Position numbers and translations under genes: made by a program. This document shows positions 1 through 12,414 of a DNA stretch of 63,589 nucleotides, in pieces. Below the pieces are notes generated by a model that saw nothing but the letters and a program-made list of their open reading frames with translations, had not been told where the DNA came from and made no database searches. Position 1 is the stretch's first letter. Every line of letters starts with the position of its first letter. Source of the stretch: Thraustochytrium aureum (lineage: Eukaryota); NCBI GenBank assembly GCA_012862495.1, contig BLSG01000227.1, positions 1 through 63,589 on the forward strand. The letters run 5' to 3'.

Positions 1-113
1 CTCGCCGGCCTGACATAGCCTCGCTGCTTGCTGCGGCGCGTGGGCCCGCTCGTTGAGCGGCACGGGGCTGCGGCGCCGGGCAGGTTGGCTGGCGGCCCGA
101 GCCCGCGAGGAGG

Positions 114-2763
114 ATGGATGCGGACTTGAGGAGCTTGATAATGGCCAGCAGGCCGTCGGTGGTCCTGTCTGAAGCAAGGGCGTCCTTGAGGAATCCTTCC
201 AGGCCGAGCACGCCACTGCAGACAGTGCGACGGCGCATCGACTTTGCGCAGAGCGGCACGTCGGCGGTCAGCAAGTCACGCAGTGCGCTCGCCTCCGCCA
301 GCACTGGAGCCGTTTCTGGGCCGCGAAGCCGCGCCAAGGCGGACGCGCGCGAAGAGGACCACGCCAGCAACAGCGCTCGAGACGTTGAGCGCAAGGAGGC
401 GGATAGAGATCGCGACGCACAGACAAAGCGAGCCGTCGATGCTGCAGGGGGCACCCCCAGAAGGCGCAGGGGCCGCGCGCCGAGCGACGCGCGCAAGGCT
501 GAATGCCCAACGCCGCAAACAACGCGAGCAAGCGCACTTCGCAACAGCACAGAGGAGGAGGCAGACCCGGTGATTGGATCCGCGCGGGCGCTCCTCGGAG
601 AAAACACGGCCAAAGAAGTGCTGGCGGAAGTTCGCGACAAGCTGCAGGGTCTTGACGGTGGCGCAACGCCAGCAGCAATATGCGAGACTGCAGAAAATCT
701 ATGGCCCAAGGTCGACCAAGTATGCTCGTTTGCGGAGCGCGAAGACTGGCCTCTGCGTGAGGAGGCTCATGAGCTTTGCCGATTTGGACTCGCTCAGCTC
801 GGAGCGACCATCGTCTCTGGCATGGCGCACGAAGGCGGCGAGGGGGGGCTCGACGGCGTGACGCTGGCCCGACTCTGTCGTATCTGCATCCGACTTGCCG
901 TCACGCACCCAACACCAGCAAACGACCGCGTCCTCGAGCAAGTCTGCGAGGTCGTTTATTCCGTTGCCAGCGAGAAGGCCTTCGACGACGTTCTGCGAGC
1001 CGAAAAGGTGATGGAGGCGATCACGCTCTACTTGCTGCCAGACACTGCTGAACCCAGCGAGGGAACGAAGCGGTACCTTGTGTTTGCTCTCGGAGCGCTA
1101 AAGTTTGTCTCAACAGAGAGCTCGCGGAATCAGCAGGCTCTAGCAACGAGCGGAGCCATCGGCCGCCTCGCAAATGTCCTCGCCTCCACGCTCAGCTCAC
1201 GGGAAGCGGCGCCTGGCACCGACTCGCACGAGCCGTCGAACGCGGCCGTNNNNNNNNNNNNNNNNNNNNNNNNNNNNNNNNNNNNNNNNNNNNNNNNNNN
1301 NNNNNNNNNNNNNNNNNNNNNNNNNNNNNNNNNNNNNNNNNNNNNNNNNNNNNNNNNNNNNNNNNNNNNNNNNNNNNNNNNNNNNNNNNNNNNNNNNNNN
1401 NNNNNNNNNNNNNNNNNNNNNNNNNNNNNNNNNNNNNNNNNNNNNNNNNNNNNNNNNNNNNNNNNNNNNNNNNNNNNNNNNNNNNNNNNNNNNNNNNNNN
1501 NNNNNNNNNNNNNNNNNNNNNNNNNNNNNNNNNNNNNNNNNCCGGCTTGGCCAAGACGCCGAGCTTGCTTTCAACTGCGCGCGCATTCTGTCCAAGCTCT
1601 CAGTGAGCGCAAAGGGGCGCGCCTGCATCGAGCCGCGCCCGCTCCTGCGTGCGCTAAAGTACCACTACAAGACGCACATGGGCGTCGGCGTTCGCGTTTG
1701 CTTTGTGCTGGGCAACATGACAACTTCTAGCAACGAGGCGCGCCTTCGCGTTGCCGGCGAGGACATGGAGGGCCTCCGGCTCCTAACAAAGGTTCTCGTG
1801 CACCACGCGCAGGCGTTCGTCCAGGCGCCCGCCGGAAAGCGGTGCAAAGACCGCGAGGATCTCCTCGTCAAGCTCTTACGCGTCGTAGCAAACCTGGCAA
1901 TCGACGAGGACCTCGGCACGAGCTTGATCTGCTACAATGGTATCGACCTGGTAGGCGCCGTCTTGGAGCGCGTGTCTGGCGACTGCGCTGGCGAGGAGGG
2001 CGGCCTGGGCTCCGCCAAGCAGGAAGAGCTCGCTCTGAACGCGATCGCTTTCGTGACCAACCTCAGCTTTTACGAGCTTCCGAGCTACGCCGGTGACGCG
2101 GGCATCCTCCAGCGCTCAGAGACCGTCCACCTCTTGCTGCCATACCTGTTTTCGGAAAACCTCGAGGCTGCCCTCGAGACGGTCCGCGCCTTTGGCAACT
2201 TTTCGCGCAGCCCGGCTATGCAGGCCTGCATGTCACAACTGCGCGTGGACGAAGCGCTTTTGGTCCTCGTCGACCACGTCGACCGCGCCGTGGTGCTTGG
2301 CGCGTTTGGTGTCCTGACCAACCTGGTCGCTCACCCTCGCACTCGAGCGCTAATCAGGACTGAGAACGTCGTGCCCAAGATTATCGTGCTGCTTCGCCGC
2401 GCAGGCGTCTCGGACCCGGAGCTCTCCTTGCGGATCTGCATGCTACTTCACAACCTCTGGCTTGCCGTGGAAGGCGCACAAGAGTCTGAAGAGAAGACGC
2501 GCGAGGAGCCTGCGGCATCGTCGGACGTCCAGCTTGTTTTGCGCAACACGCTCGAAGAGCTCGTTGAAGTTGCGCACGAGCTGGAGCGGGAAGAGGACGC
2601 TGGCGCCCTCGAGGATCTGGACTGCCCCGTCGACGTTGCCTGCGACACTGACGACGCCGACGGTGCCTCCGACTTGCGTGAGCATTTAGTGGGCTTTATT
2701 GATGCGGCTGAGGCGCTGCTTGAGCGCCTCAGCTCCTCTTCCTCCTCGTTGTCAAAGAAATGA
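114..2763 (+). CDS. ARMC2: Armadillo repeat protein, ARMC2-like (ciliary/IFT cargo adaptor); interrupted by N gap 1250-1541
   Basis: N-terminal 'LSEARASLRNPSRPSTP' resembles the ARMC2 'ISEARxALR..RPFTP' motif. ARM repeats 'FNCARILSKLS', 'VRVCFVLGNMT', 'LVKLLRVVANLAI', 'ETVRAFGNFSR' occur in ORFs 114..1730 and 1174..2763 either side of the gap. Confidence 0.8.
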
Positions 2764-2865
2764 CGGTCGGGGGGTGGAGGACAAACTGGCAACAAGCGCT
2801 GGCCGTTGCGTTGTCCCTCTGTCGTCGCAAGTCGTCCAACAAAAACCATTTGCAACAATTACCCT

Positions 2866-5127
2866 TCATGGGAGCATCCCAATTCTATTTGACTGCCGGG
2901 GTGAGCGCGACTGCGCGCGACTCAACGCCCGCGACTGAGCTACCTCGCTCTCGATCGAGGCGCGAATCTCGTTGAGCGCAACGAGGTTTTGCTTGAGATC
3001 GCGCGACTTGTCCCGGTTCGCCAGCTCGAGCGACTCGCGAAGCTGGTGCACAACACGGAGCTGGTCCTGCAAGCACTCTTGCTGGCGCGCAAACCCTTGG
3101 GCGACGGCATCGCGCTCCTTGCGGAGCCACTCGTTGTCGCGCGACAACGAGCCGACCAACGCGTCGTGGCGAGACTGCACCTGCCGCAGCTCGGCCAGCT
3201 CTTCTGCCAGCGCCGCTGCAATAGCTTTTGCGGCTACGCTATCGCGCTCCGCCGCAGCAAACGAAACAGACCCACCTGTTTCGAGCAGCGCATCTGCCAG
3301 CTCGTGCCGCGCCCGCCAACGGGCCACAAGCTCGTCGAGCTGCTCAGCTGCGTTTGCAGAGCGCTCGCTTTGGCTTGCACGCAGCTCATCCAAGCTTGCA
3401 ACCGCGCGCTCCAGGCGACACTCGCAGTCAGCGAGCTTACGGTGCAGCTGATCCTGCTCGCGGGCCATGCTGGCCCGCTCCAGTGCAACCGCAGCCCGCT
3501 CTTGGTCTAATTGCGCAGTGAGGTGGTTGACTTGGTCTTGCCAGCACTCGCGTTCCGCCTGGATGCGTGAGCGAAGGCGGCGAACGCGGCGCGCTCCGCG
3601 TCCAGCATGCTGCGCAACAGTGCGGTCGCCTGGCCGCTCGAGCTTATTTGCTCGTCTAAAATTCGCGTCCGCTGCGGCCACAAGATCGTCTGCCGCTTTC
3701 TGGGCGGCGTTCTGGCTCTGAAATGCCGCCGCGGCCGCACGCTCTGCTTCTTGGATGCGCCGGAACGTTTCTCGTTCTGCCTCCGTGTGTTGGGCGTCCA
3801 TCTCGGCAGCCAGGGCCTTCAGCCGATTCACGTCAACGACGTGCCGCGTCTCTAAATCGGTGATGCGTGCCCCGAGACCCTCGACCGCCTTGCTCTTCGC
3901 CTCGAGGGCCTCACAGAGGCGGCTTTGAGAGTGTCGAAGCTGCGTGCGGAGCGAGGCGTTCTCATCCGCACTTGATATGCAGGTAGGGCAACGGGCCGCT
4001 GGCTCTACTGAGCTAGCGCCAGGCTGCAACGAGCCAGGCGCCACCTCGGCGCCGTTTGGGCATGCGGGGTCAATTGCGTCTGCAGTGCTCTCAATAAGCG
4101 CCTTGACCCCTCCTTCCAGGGCACGGACGCGCTCTTGCCAAGCTTCATCGCGGACGCCGGCCTCTCTGAGCGCAACGGCAAGCTTGTCTCGAAGACCAGC
4201 GCAGTGCATCTCGCTCCGCTCAAGCGCCCGCTGCAGAGCTGCATTTTCTTTTTCGAGCCGCCTTTCGCGCGCCGTGGCGCGCTGAATAGCGTCGTGCTCT
4301 GCCTCCACGAGTTGCGCAGCCTTGTTGCGCAGCTTGGCTCGCTCTTTATTGCGCTCTTCCAAGATGCGCTTCTTCGCAACCTGCAGCTCTTCGATCGCTT
4401 GCCGCTCACGGTCTTGGCTCGCCTCGGCCATCGCGAGCACCGTCGCAATGTTGGCGCTGAGGCCAGGCGCCGACGCTCGCCTTCTCATCCGAGACGCTTC
4501 CGAAACCTCCCGCCCACAATGGGCTTCAATGCGCAAGTCATCGTCGCGCTGGTTTCTCGACCGTGCTGCCTTCGTGTCGGTGTTGGAGCTCGTCGAGGCC
4601 TGGACAAGTTGTGCCTGTATTTTTTCTGCCATGGCAGCCGTGCGATCCTCTTCGAGAGCTGCACCGTGCGCGGGCCCGTGGCCTTTCGCTGCGCCAGGAC
4701 CGCCACCACCAGCAGCGGCAGCAGCTTGCTCGGCCGCCGGTCGTCGATGGCAGGTTGCGGAATGATTGCACAAGCGAGCCCCGGATTCGGCCAGCTCCTC
4801 GCTCGGCTCTCGCCGGTTCCTTGCTCGCACGGCGGCGGCTCGGGAGCCGCGCAAAGCGCCTGGCGCTCGCCAATCGTCGAGTCCTAGCGTGCAATTCTGG
4901 CGCCGCTGCTGCTGCGAGCGCTGCGGGACTGCGCCATGACCGTGTGGGATGGCGCTTTCAACGGTCACAACGCCGGCATGGCGCAGCTTCCCACCAAAAC
5001 GAACGAGTGCTTCCGCCGGCAGCGCCTCCCCGCAGGCCGCGCGCCGCCCACCAGAGGGCTCGGCAAGCCGCGCAGGGCGCCGCGCAGGGCGCTGCGCAGG
5101 GCGCGAGGTGCCGCGAGCGAGGTCCAT
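2866..5127 (-). CDS. Long coiled-coil protein of unknown function (start uncertain: ATG 5127 or 4632)
   Basis: Long open frame rich in E/A/R/L/Q heptads (e.g. 'ERQAIEELQVAKKRILEERNKERAKLR'); divergent from the deaminase gene. Confidence 0.65.
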   Translation of the reverse strand: MDLARGTSRPAQRPARRPARLAEPSGGRRAACGEALPAEALVRFGGKLRHAGVVTVESAIPHGHGAVPQRSQQQRRQNCTLGLDDWRAPGALRGSRAAAVRARNRREPSEELAESGARLCNHSATCHRRPAAEQAAAAAGGGGPGAAKGHGPAHGAALEEDRTAAMAEKIQAQLVQASTSSNTDTKAARSRNQRDDDLRIEAHCGREVSEASRMRRRASAPGLSANIATVLAMAEASQDRERQAIEELQVAKKRILEERNKERAKLRNKAAQLVEAEHDAIQRATARERRLEKENAALQRALERSEMHCAGLRDKLAVALREAGVRDEAWQERVRALEGGVKALIESTADAIDPACPNGAEVAPGSLQPGASSVEPAARCPTCISSADENASLRTQLRHSQSRLCEALEAKSKAVEGLGARITDLETRHVVDVNRLKALAAEMDAQHTEAERETFRRIQEAERAAAAAFQSQNAAQKAADDLVAAADANFRRANKLERPGDRTVAQHAGRGARRVRRLRSRIQAERECWQDQVNHLTAQLDQERAAVALERASMAREQDQLHRKLADCECRLERAVASLDELRASQSERSANAAEQLDELVARWRARHELADALLETGGSVSFAAAERDSVAAKAIAAALAEELAELRQVQSRHDALVGSLSRDNEWLRKERDAVAQGFARQQECLQDQLRVVHQLRESLELANRDKSRDLKQNLVALNEIRASIESEVAQSRALSRAQSRSPRQSNRIGMLP

Positions 5128-5266
5128 GGTGGAGGAAAATGTGCGTCCATGCAAGGCAGGCAGACCGAGCGACAGACAGGCATCGCTCGCGGCGCCGCGG
5201 ACGGCGCTTGCTGCGGGGGTCGGGAATCGCGAGTAAGGGCCCCTAGCGTACAGCGCGGCTTGCGCG

Positions 5267-5892
5267 ATGGGCTCCCAGGCGGCGCGGCGCGGCGCGGCGC
5301 GGTGGACGGCGCTAGCGCCAAAGGTAGAGCTCCACCTCCACCTCGACGGCTCCCTCCCGGCCGCCTTTATTCGAGAGCGGTGCGCCGCGCGCGGCATCGA
5401 GATGGCTGGGCTAGGCCCTAGCGCCGACGATTCGGACCCGTACGGACCCGGCCAGGTCCGCACGTTCCTCCACGACATGAAGCGCGCGCAGGCAGCCAGT
5501 CAGAAGTCGGGCGGCAACTGGCAGGTGTTTGACTTTTGCAACGCGCTGCTGCAGACCCGGGCCGAGCTGGAGCGCGCGACACGAATGGTGGCCGAGCACT
5601 TTGTGGACGCGCACTGCGGGAGGCACTTGGAGCTGCGATTCTGCCCAGCGCTGCACCAGCTCGAGGGCCTCAGTTCTGAGGAAGCCACTGGCGCGGTCGC
5701 AACGGCGTTGAAGAGCGTGGCGCAGCTGCCAAGCGGTGGTGTGATAGTGTGTGGGTTGCGCTCGCACTCGCCGTCGGCAACGCTCGCCTGCGCAGAGCTT
5801 GCCGTGGCGCTTCGTGGCGATGGCGTCGTCGGCTTTGACATCGCCGGCGATGAGCAGCGCTTTCCCCTGTCGGACCACGTCGCTGCGATCGA
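5267..5892 (+). CDS. Adenosine/adenine deaminase family, 5' part; 3' part lost in gap
   Basis: 'PKVELHLHLDGS' metal-binding motif, 'HLELRFCP', 'VVGFDIAGDE'. Confidence 0.88.
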
Positions 5893-7768
5893 NNNNNNNN
5901 NNNNNNNNNNNNNNNNNNNNNNNNNNNNNNNNNNNNNNNNNNNNNNNNNNNNNNNNNNNNNNNNNNNNNNNNNNNNNNNNNNNNNNNNNNNNNNNNNNNN
6001 NNNNNNNNNNNNNNNNNNNNNNNNNNNNNNNNNNNNNNNNNNNNNNNNNNNNNNNNNNNNNNNNNNNNNNNNNNNNNNNNNNNNNNNNNNNNNNNNNNNN
6101 NNNNNNNNNNNNNNNNNNNNNNNNNNNNNNNNNNNNNNNNNNNNNNNNNNNNNNNNNNNNNNNNNNNNNNNNNNNNNNNNNNNNNNNNNNNNNNNNNNNN
6201 NNNNNNNNNNNNNNNNNNNNNNNNNNNNNNNNNNNNNNNNNNNNNNNNNNNNNNNNNNNNNNNNNNNNNNNNNNNNNNNNNNNNNNNNNNNNNNNNNNNN
6301 NNNNNNNNNNNNNNNNNNNNNNNNNNNNNNNNNNNNNNNNNNNNNNNNNNNNNNNNNNNNNNNNNNNNNNNNNNNNNNNNNNNNNNNNNNNNNNNCCTCG
6401 ACGACACTCAACGTAGCCCACCTCATGCTCACAGCAGCTCGCGGGCCTTCATCCCGGACGCGCTTGCCAAGCGCGAAATGCTCAGCCGGTATCGTCTCGA
6501 CCTCCTCCAAGCACTTCCACGCTCGCCGCACCTCGGCTAACGCGCGCACAACTCGGACCCAGCCTATGCTGCAGCTTTGGGGGAAGGTGCGAACCAACTC
6601 CGCCACCTGTGTTCGCACGGCCCCACCAAACAGGGAACGGTATCCGGCAACCTCGCGCCCATCATGCGTGCCCATCCCGACGAGCGTGCTTTGCCCGCGC
6701 GCGTCAACCTCTGGGTGGGGTAGGTAGAGTACACGCAGCCATACTGTTTGTGATGCGTGGCCAACTCTGCGGTCCCGAGCGACGGTCCAAATTGGCTCTG
6801 CCAGCTCTGCCACGGCACGAGAATCCGCCTCCTTTGAGCTTCACTCGGCGCGCACCCTCGCGTGTCGGCAGCTCGGCAGCTCGACACTGGCACGAACACA
6901 CCCACCAAGTACAGTTTCAGATCTTGGGTTTGCTTGTCCCCAGTATCGTCTCATTCACGCAAGGCCAGATCCGCATCCTTCGCGCCCCGCTCGACAGCCA
7001 GGAAGAGCAGCGAGAGGCAGGCAGGCAAACGCGGCAGCTGGACACACTTGGCTGGCGTTTGGATGGGGGTGGACTCTTTCCCCAGTCTCACCTCGCCTCG
7101 CTCCTGTCCAAGTTGGCTCTGCCAGCTCGCACGATCCGACCGGCCCTCACCCACCGAGCCGCACGCGACGCGCGCCGCACGGCAGCTCCACGCGGGATTT
7201 CTCGACGCTGGTTTGGTCAAGNNNNNNNNNNNNNNNNNNNNNNNNNNNNNNNNNNNNNNNNNNNNNNNNNNNNNNNNNNNNNNNNNNNNNNNNNNNNNNN
7301 NNNNNNNNNNNNNNNNNNNNNNNNNNNNNNNNNNNNNNNNNNNNNNNNNNNNNNNNNNNNNNNNNNNNNNNNNNNNNNNNNNNNNNNNNNNNNNNNNNNN
7401 NNNNNNNNNNNNNNNNNNNNNNNNNNNNNNNNNNNNNNNNNNNNNNNNNNNNNNNNNNNNNNNNNNNNNNNNNNNNNNNNNNNNNNNNNNNNNNNNNNNN
7501 NNNNNNNNNNNNNNNNNNNNNNNNNNNNNNNNNNNNNNNNNNNNNNNNNNNNNNNNNNNNNNNNNNNNNNNNNNNNNNNNNNNNNNNNNNNNNNNNNNNN
7601 NNNNNNNNNNNNNNNNNNNNNNNNNNNNNNNNNNNNNNNNNNNNNNNNNNNNNNNNNNNNNNNNNNNNNNNNNNNNNNNNNNNNNNNNNNNNNNNNNNNN
7701 NNNNNNNNNNNNNNNNNNNNNNNNNNNNNNNNNNNNNNNNNNNNNNNNNNNNNNNNNNNNNNNNNNNN

Positions 7769-8926
7769 GAACGAGAAACGAGGAGCTCGAAGTAGAGCGC
7801 GAGCTGTTCCTTGCGCGCATCGCCGACCTGGAGACCGAGGTGGCCTCTCTCCGGGGCGGCGGCCAGGTGGACATCAAAAGGAGAACGAGCTCCTGCGCGC
7901 CGAGATCCGCAAGCATAAAGCGTTTGTCCAGAACATCGTGCAGGCGACGGTGCAGGCGTCGATCGTGACGCCGGAGGAGCAGTACCGAGTGCTGCGAAAC
8001 TTTCTTGATAGCGGGTGCGCGCAGACGATTGGGCTCGCTTACACGTCGCACTCGGACCCGAGCTGGCACCAGGCCCGCACAATCCAGGTGTTCGGCTACA
8101 CGCTGAGGGTGTGGTACCAGTACTTGCCGCGCGGGACGCCGCGAGCCTCCGCGCACAGGCTAAACCTGCGTGTCGACCTGCTGGACTTTGCGCTTCCCGT
8201 GAGCGAGCTGAAAGACAAGCTGTGGCGGATCTATTCGAGCCCTGACTTCACGAACAAGTTTTACAACCAGCAGCACGAGAGTACAGTGCGGCGTGCCGTG
8301 CACGAGGCCAAGCTGCCCGAAGGCGTGGCCCGGATCCGTGAAGAGCAAGAGCAAGAGGACATCCGCATCATGCGCTTTGAGACGCTGGACCCGGCGCGGT
8401 CAAGCACGGTCCCAGTCGGCGACTTTTTCCTTGTCACCTCATACAAGCAGACGCAAATCTATCCTTGCGCTTATGAGGCGTACGAGCGAGACGGCACGAT
8501 CCCCCCCGGAGGCAAGACGCCGCCTTGCCGGGCGACGGCCGCGTCCCTGGCCCTTCCGCGCATGGAGAGGCCCCGGACCCGGCGCTAGTTTTTGTGGCTT
8601 CGAGCTGCTCGACCACGCTGGAGAAGGCAAACCTGTCCGAGTCGCTGGGCCCGAGCCAGGACGACGTGGTGCGGCTTGAGGCGCCGCTGCTCGTTGGCTG
8701 CGTCTGCCGTACGCGCGAGCACTCCCCGGGGAAGACGGACGTGACCATGCTTGCGAGCTATCCGATCGGCGACAAGAGCTACAGGGCCATGGAGGGCAAT
8801 GCAGACTTTGGCGTTACGGAGGCCGGCGAGCTGACGCCGAAAACGCTCGCAGACCTGTCGCTCAACTTTAGCATGATCTTGGCGCAGCTGCCTGGGGCCG
8901 CGCCCGCGGCGCCCGGGCATGAGTAG
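7769..8926 (+). CDS. bZIP-like / putative START-like domain family, paralogue A (5' end in gap; indels near 7878 and 8570)
   Basis: Zipper 'RNEELEVERELFLARIADLETEVASLRGGGQVDI', then 'ENELLRAEIRKHKAF', 'GLAYTSHSDPSW', 'YQYLPRG', 'RLNLRVD', 'SYPIG', shared with four neighbouring genes. Confidence 0.75.
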
Positions 8927-9057
8927 GATTGCTTGTTGACCACGAGGGGCGTGCTTGGCTTGCGCGTGAGCAGGATTGCTTGTTGACCACGAGGGGCGTG
9001 CTTGGCTTGCGCGTGAGCAGGATTGCTTCTTGCCACGAGGGGCGTGCTTGGCTTGCG
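8921..9057. repeat. 47-bp tandem repeat, about 3 copies, overlapping the stop codon of paralogue A
   Basis: Unit GAG(T/C)AGGATTGCTTGTTGACCACGAGGGGCGTGCTTGGCTTGCGCGT at 8921, 8968 and 9015 (third copy slightly degenerate). Confidence 0.9.
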
Positions 9058-9227
9058 GAAGAAATCATGATTTTTATTCTTACTTGCTCTTGGCTTTCGT
9101 TGGCGCTGCCGGGGCCTCGGCGGCGCTTCGTAGTACGTACAACAGACTGTCTTTCTTGGCGGCGCTCCCACGCACAACAGCCTTTCTCGGTGGCTTGGTG
9201 CAAAAGCCCAGACCGGCCGGCCTGCCG

Positions 9228-10689
9228 TCATGGGGCCGCAGCAACGGCGCTGGGGCTCGCGGGCGGGCCTGGCGGGGCGGCGTTGTTGAGAGACAGTGCC
9301 TGCATTGCCTCAAAGGTAGCGTCGAGGTCTGCGCAGGTCTTCCCAACACACGGCACGAATAGTTTGTCGAAAAGCGTCCGCATGTCCTCGATAAAAGGCG
9401 CAGAGAGCGCCCCTGTTGCCGGGTCAACGCGCGGGCAGTGCACCTCGTGCAAGCCAGAGAGCGCGCTGTCTTGAGAGGATAGCTCTCAATCAACGAGAAG
9501 GTGCAGTGGTCGGCGTCGAGCGCGGACGCGACGAGGCCCAGGATCATCGGCTTCTCCGTCCGCTGGACGCTTGGCACTGCCCCAAACTCGTCCTGGCTGT
9601 CAACAGGGGCGAGCCGCGCCTTGTGGATCACAGCGGTGGGCGTCGTGCTCTGGACGATGACATTGCACGGCCGCGCCTCGGGGCCAGGGTTGTCGCCCAT
9701 TCCGGCAAGCGCGCCGGGAAAGAGCGCCTGGGAGCGCCTCGTGGAAACGAAAACGTAGCCCGAGCCCTGCTCTTGGTAGTCGAAGACCTTGAATGCTTCG
9801 GTCTCGTCAAAGCCGAGCTCGGCGGGCACAGCATCCAACATGGGGGTTTCGACTTGGCGAACCGTGCCGCGCTTGCAGTGTTGCATGAACTCTGGATTGC
9901 TGTAGGGGAGCCAGAAGAGCTCTGTCGTGGACTCTACGGTTCTTGGAAACTTGTTCACGTCGATTCTGATATTGAGCCGCTTGGCGTTCGCAGCGGTTGA
10001 ACCGCGCGGCAGGTACTGGTAGGCCAGGTCGAGGTTAGGGAGCTCCGGGCGAATGGAGATTGGGACGCCGCGCAGCCACGTCGGGTCGACCCGAGAGGTG
10101 TATGCGAGGCCAGTCACCTGGCTCACAGCAGCTTCAACGCCTTCCAGCACAATTCGGAACGACTCTTCGGGTGTGACCTCGGCGGGCGGGTTGGCGCCAG
10201 CGCGGAGGACGCGGTCCACGAAGGCGCGGTGCTTGAACACTTCGGAGCGCAGCAGCCTGTTTTCTTTTTCCAGGTCTAGAGTGCCCTGGCAGCGCAGCAG
10301 GTCGATCTCGGCTTGGAGATCGGCAATGCGCGACAAGTAGTGCCCGCGCTGCGCCGCCAGGTTTTCCACCTTGATCCTGAGGTCGTCGGTTTGTCGCTTG
10401 CGCTTCTCGCGGTACCGCTGGCAGGCCTGTTGGTTTCGTTTGGCCTTGTCGCCGTTCTTGCTGCCGCTGTCGCCGCTGCTCGACCGTTCCGCCTTGCGGC
10501 CGTCCTTGAGGACGGGCGCCCCCTGGACCCTCCCGATCCATCGCTCGCCACCGCCGTCGTGACCGACGCGCCGCTGCTGAGCCCGTCGATCGTCTCCTCG
10601 CCCGGGGCCGCGCTCACGAGGCGCGCAAGCGCCTCAAACTCGTCGTGCTCGAGGTCCCAGGGGTCGTCGTCGCACAGCGCGACCTCCAT
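9228..10689 (-). CDS. bZIP-like / putative START-like domain family, paralogue B (indels near 10522 and 9470)
   Basis: Manual translation gives 'KAKRNQQACQRYREKRKRQTDDLRIKVENLAAQRGHYLSRIADLQAEI' (N-x7-R), then 'ENRLLRSEVFKHRAF', 'GLAYTSRVDPTW', 'YQYLPRG', 'RLNIRID', 'SYPL'. ATG of MEVALC at 10689. Confidence 0.78.
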
Positions 10690-10727
10690 CGTCGGCGGCA
10701 GCAAGCAGCCCTGCGGCACCACAACCA

Positions 10728-10786
10728 GCAAGCCAGCCAGCCAGCAAGCGAGCAAGCCAGCCAGCCAGCCAGCCAGCCAGCAAGCC
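10728..10786. repeat. (GCCA/GCAA)n tetranucleotide microsatellite 5' of paralogue B
   Basis: agccagccagccagcaagcgagcaagccagccagccagccagccagccagcaagc seen directly. Confidence 0.85.
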
Positions 10787-12414
10787 GGTCCGCGGCGCAG
10801 CGCAGCGCGATCGCTCTCCGCGCCTCCGCCACCGTCTTCGCCCACTGTCGCACGGCCTCATTCTCTGCGGCCGCCATGGGCGCGTATCGCAACTCGCGTC
10901 AGAACACCGGCTTAATAACAGGCTCTCGGGGATTTGTATTCGTACTACTTTCCTCTATATAGCTCGGAAGAGTTTGCGCGATGCGGCGCGCAGAGTGCCC
11001 CACGTGGGGGGCATTGCTCGGCGCGGAGGGGCTCTTGTCCGAACGCAATGTACTGTAGTCAAGAGCTTAATACTAAATGTCAAGACAGTTAACTTGAAAA
11101 TCTATAACAATACGCGCGTAGTATTGAATATCTACAATAATCCCGTGGAGTACTGAATATCTAGAGTCGGAGACGTCTACTCGGGAGTCGGGACTCGGGA
11201 CTCGTCACGTTGGGAACGTGTCTTGGGAACGTAGGGAGAGAGTATCATGACGGAAAGCGAGCGCTACGAGTCGCCCAAGGAGAGTTCCCGATTCAAGAGG
11301 CAGTACCATAACAGTCCATCAAGCACGACTGCGAGGGGGTGTCGGTGTCGCAGGTGCGCTCTGTCGTGCCTCCGTTTTCACGAAACGAGCGCACCTTCAA
11401 CCTCGCGGGTTCCCCTTAGCTTCAACGGGGCCTGCACCTGCTGAGGCTCTGAGGCGGACTTGGGCTAACTGCGGTGCCTTGACCGCAGCGCAGCCGCCCA
11501 CAGTGCCCTCCTGCGCCTCACATCCAAATCCCCGATGCGATTCCACCGCCTCACACTCGTGCCGTTAGAGCCACGCTCAAGAGCCGCCCTCCAGCAGGTC
11601 CTGTGAGGCGCCGATTGGAGGAGGCCGCTGTTCTCGCATGTTCTTCAAGTGTTCTGTGCGGTTCACTCACAAGGCCAGCCGAGCGTTATCATGCAGGTAC
11701 GCGAGAGCTATGATAGCCCTCGCCCTCTGAATTCTGAGGCGAAAGTATCGCAGGTTCAAGAGCCGCGTTTACCCTCCACACAGCTGGGAAACGCTCGTGT
11801 CACAGGAAACAAAACAATTCGCGGAAAAGGAGAATTGATGTTGTTGGACGAGCAGAGACCACAATTGGACTCTACCGATCGACGGCCGCCAAGCAGACCC
11901 CCAGCTGTCCTGTCCTTCCGCGGAGACGCAGGCAGGCACGCAGGCACGCAGGCAGGCAGGCANNNNNNNNNNNNNNNNNNNNNNNNNNNNNNNNNNNNNN
12001 NNNNNNNNNNNNNNNNNNNNNNNNNNNNNNNNNNNNNNNNNNNNNNNNNNNNNNNNNNNNNNNNNNNNNNNNNNNNNNNNNNNNNNNNNNNNNNNNNNNN
12101 NNNNNNNNNNNNNNNNNNNNNNNNNNNNNNNNNNNNNNNNNNNNNNNNNNNNNNNNNNNNNNNNNNNNNNNNNNNNNNNNNNNNNNNNNNNNNNNNNNNN
12201 NNNNNNNNNNNNNNNNNNNNNNNNNNNNNNNNNNNNNNNNNNNNNNNNNNNNNNNNNNNNNNNNNNNNNNNNCTCTGTGCACCTCGCGCGACGCGGACGG
12301 CCCAAGCGGTCGCCGGTTGGCGGTGGTGGGTGGGCTGCGGCGCTGTGGCACGACGGCGGTGGCGCAGAGGCGGCGCGACGGCGCGGGCTCCGGGCCGCGG
12401 AGGCGCTGCGCAGG

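Noticed and set aside
6396..7221. Possible gene on the small contig between gaps
   Set aside because: No recognisable motif in any frame, and it does not continue the deaminase.
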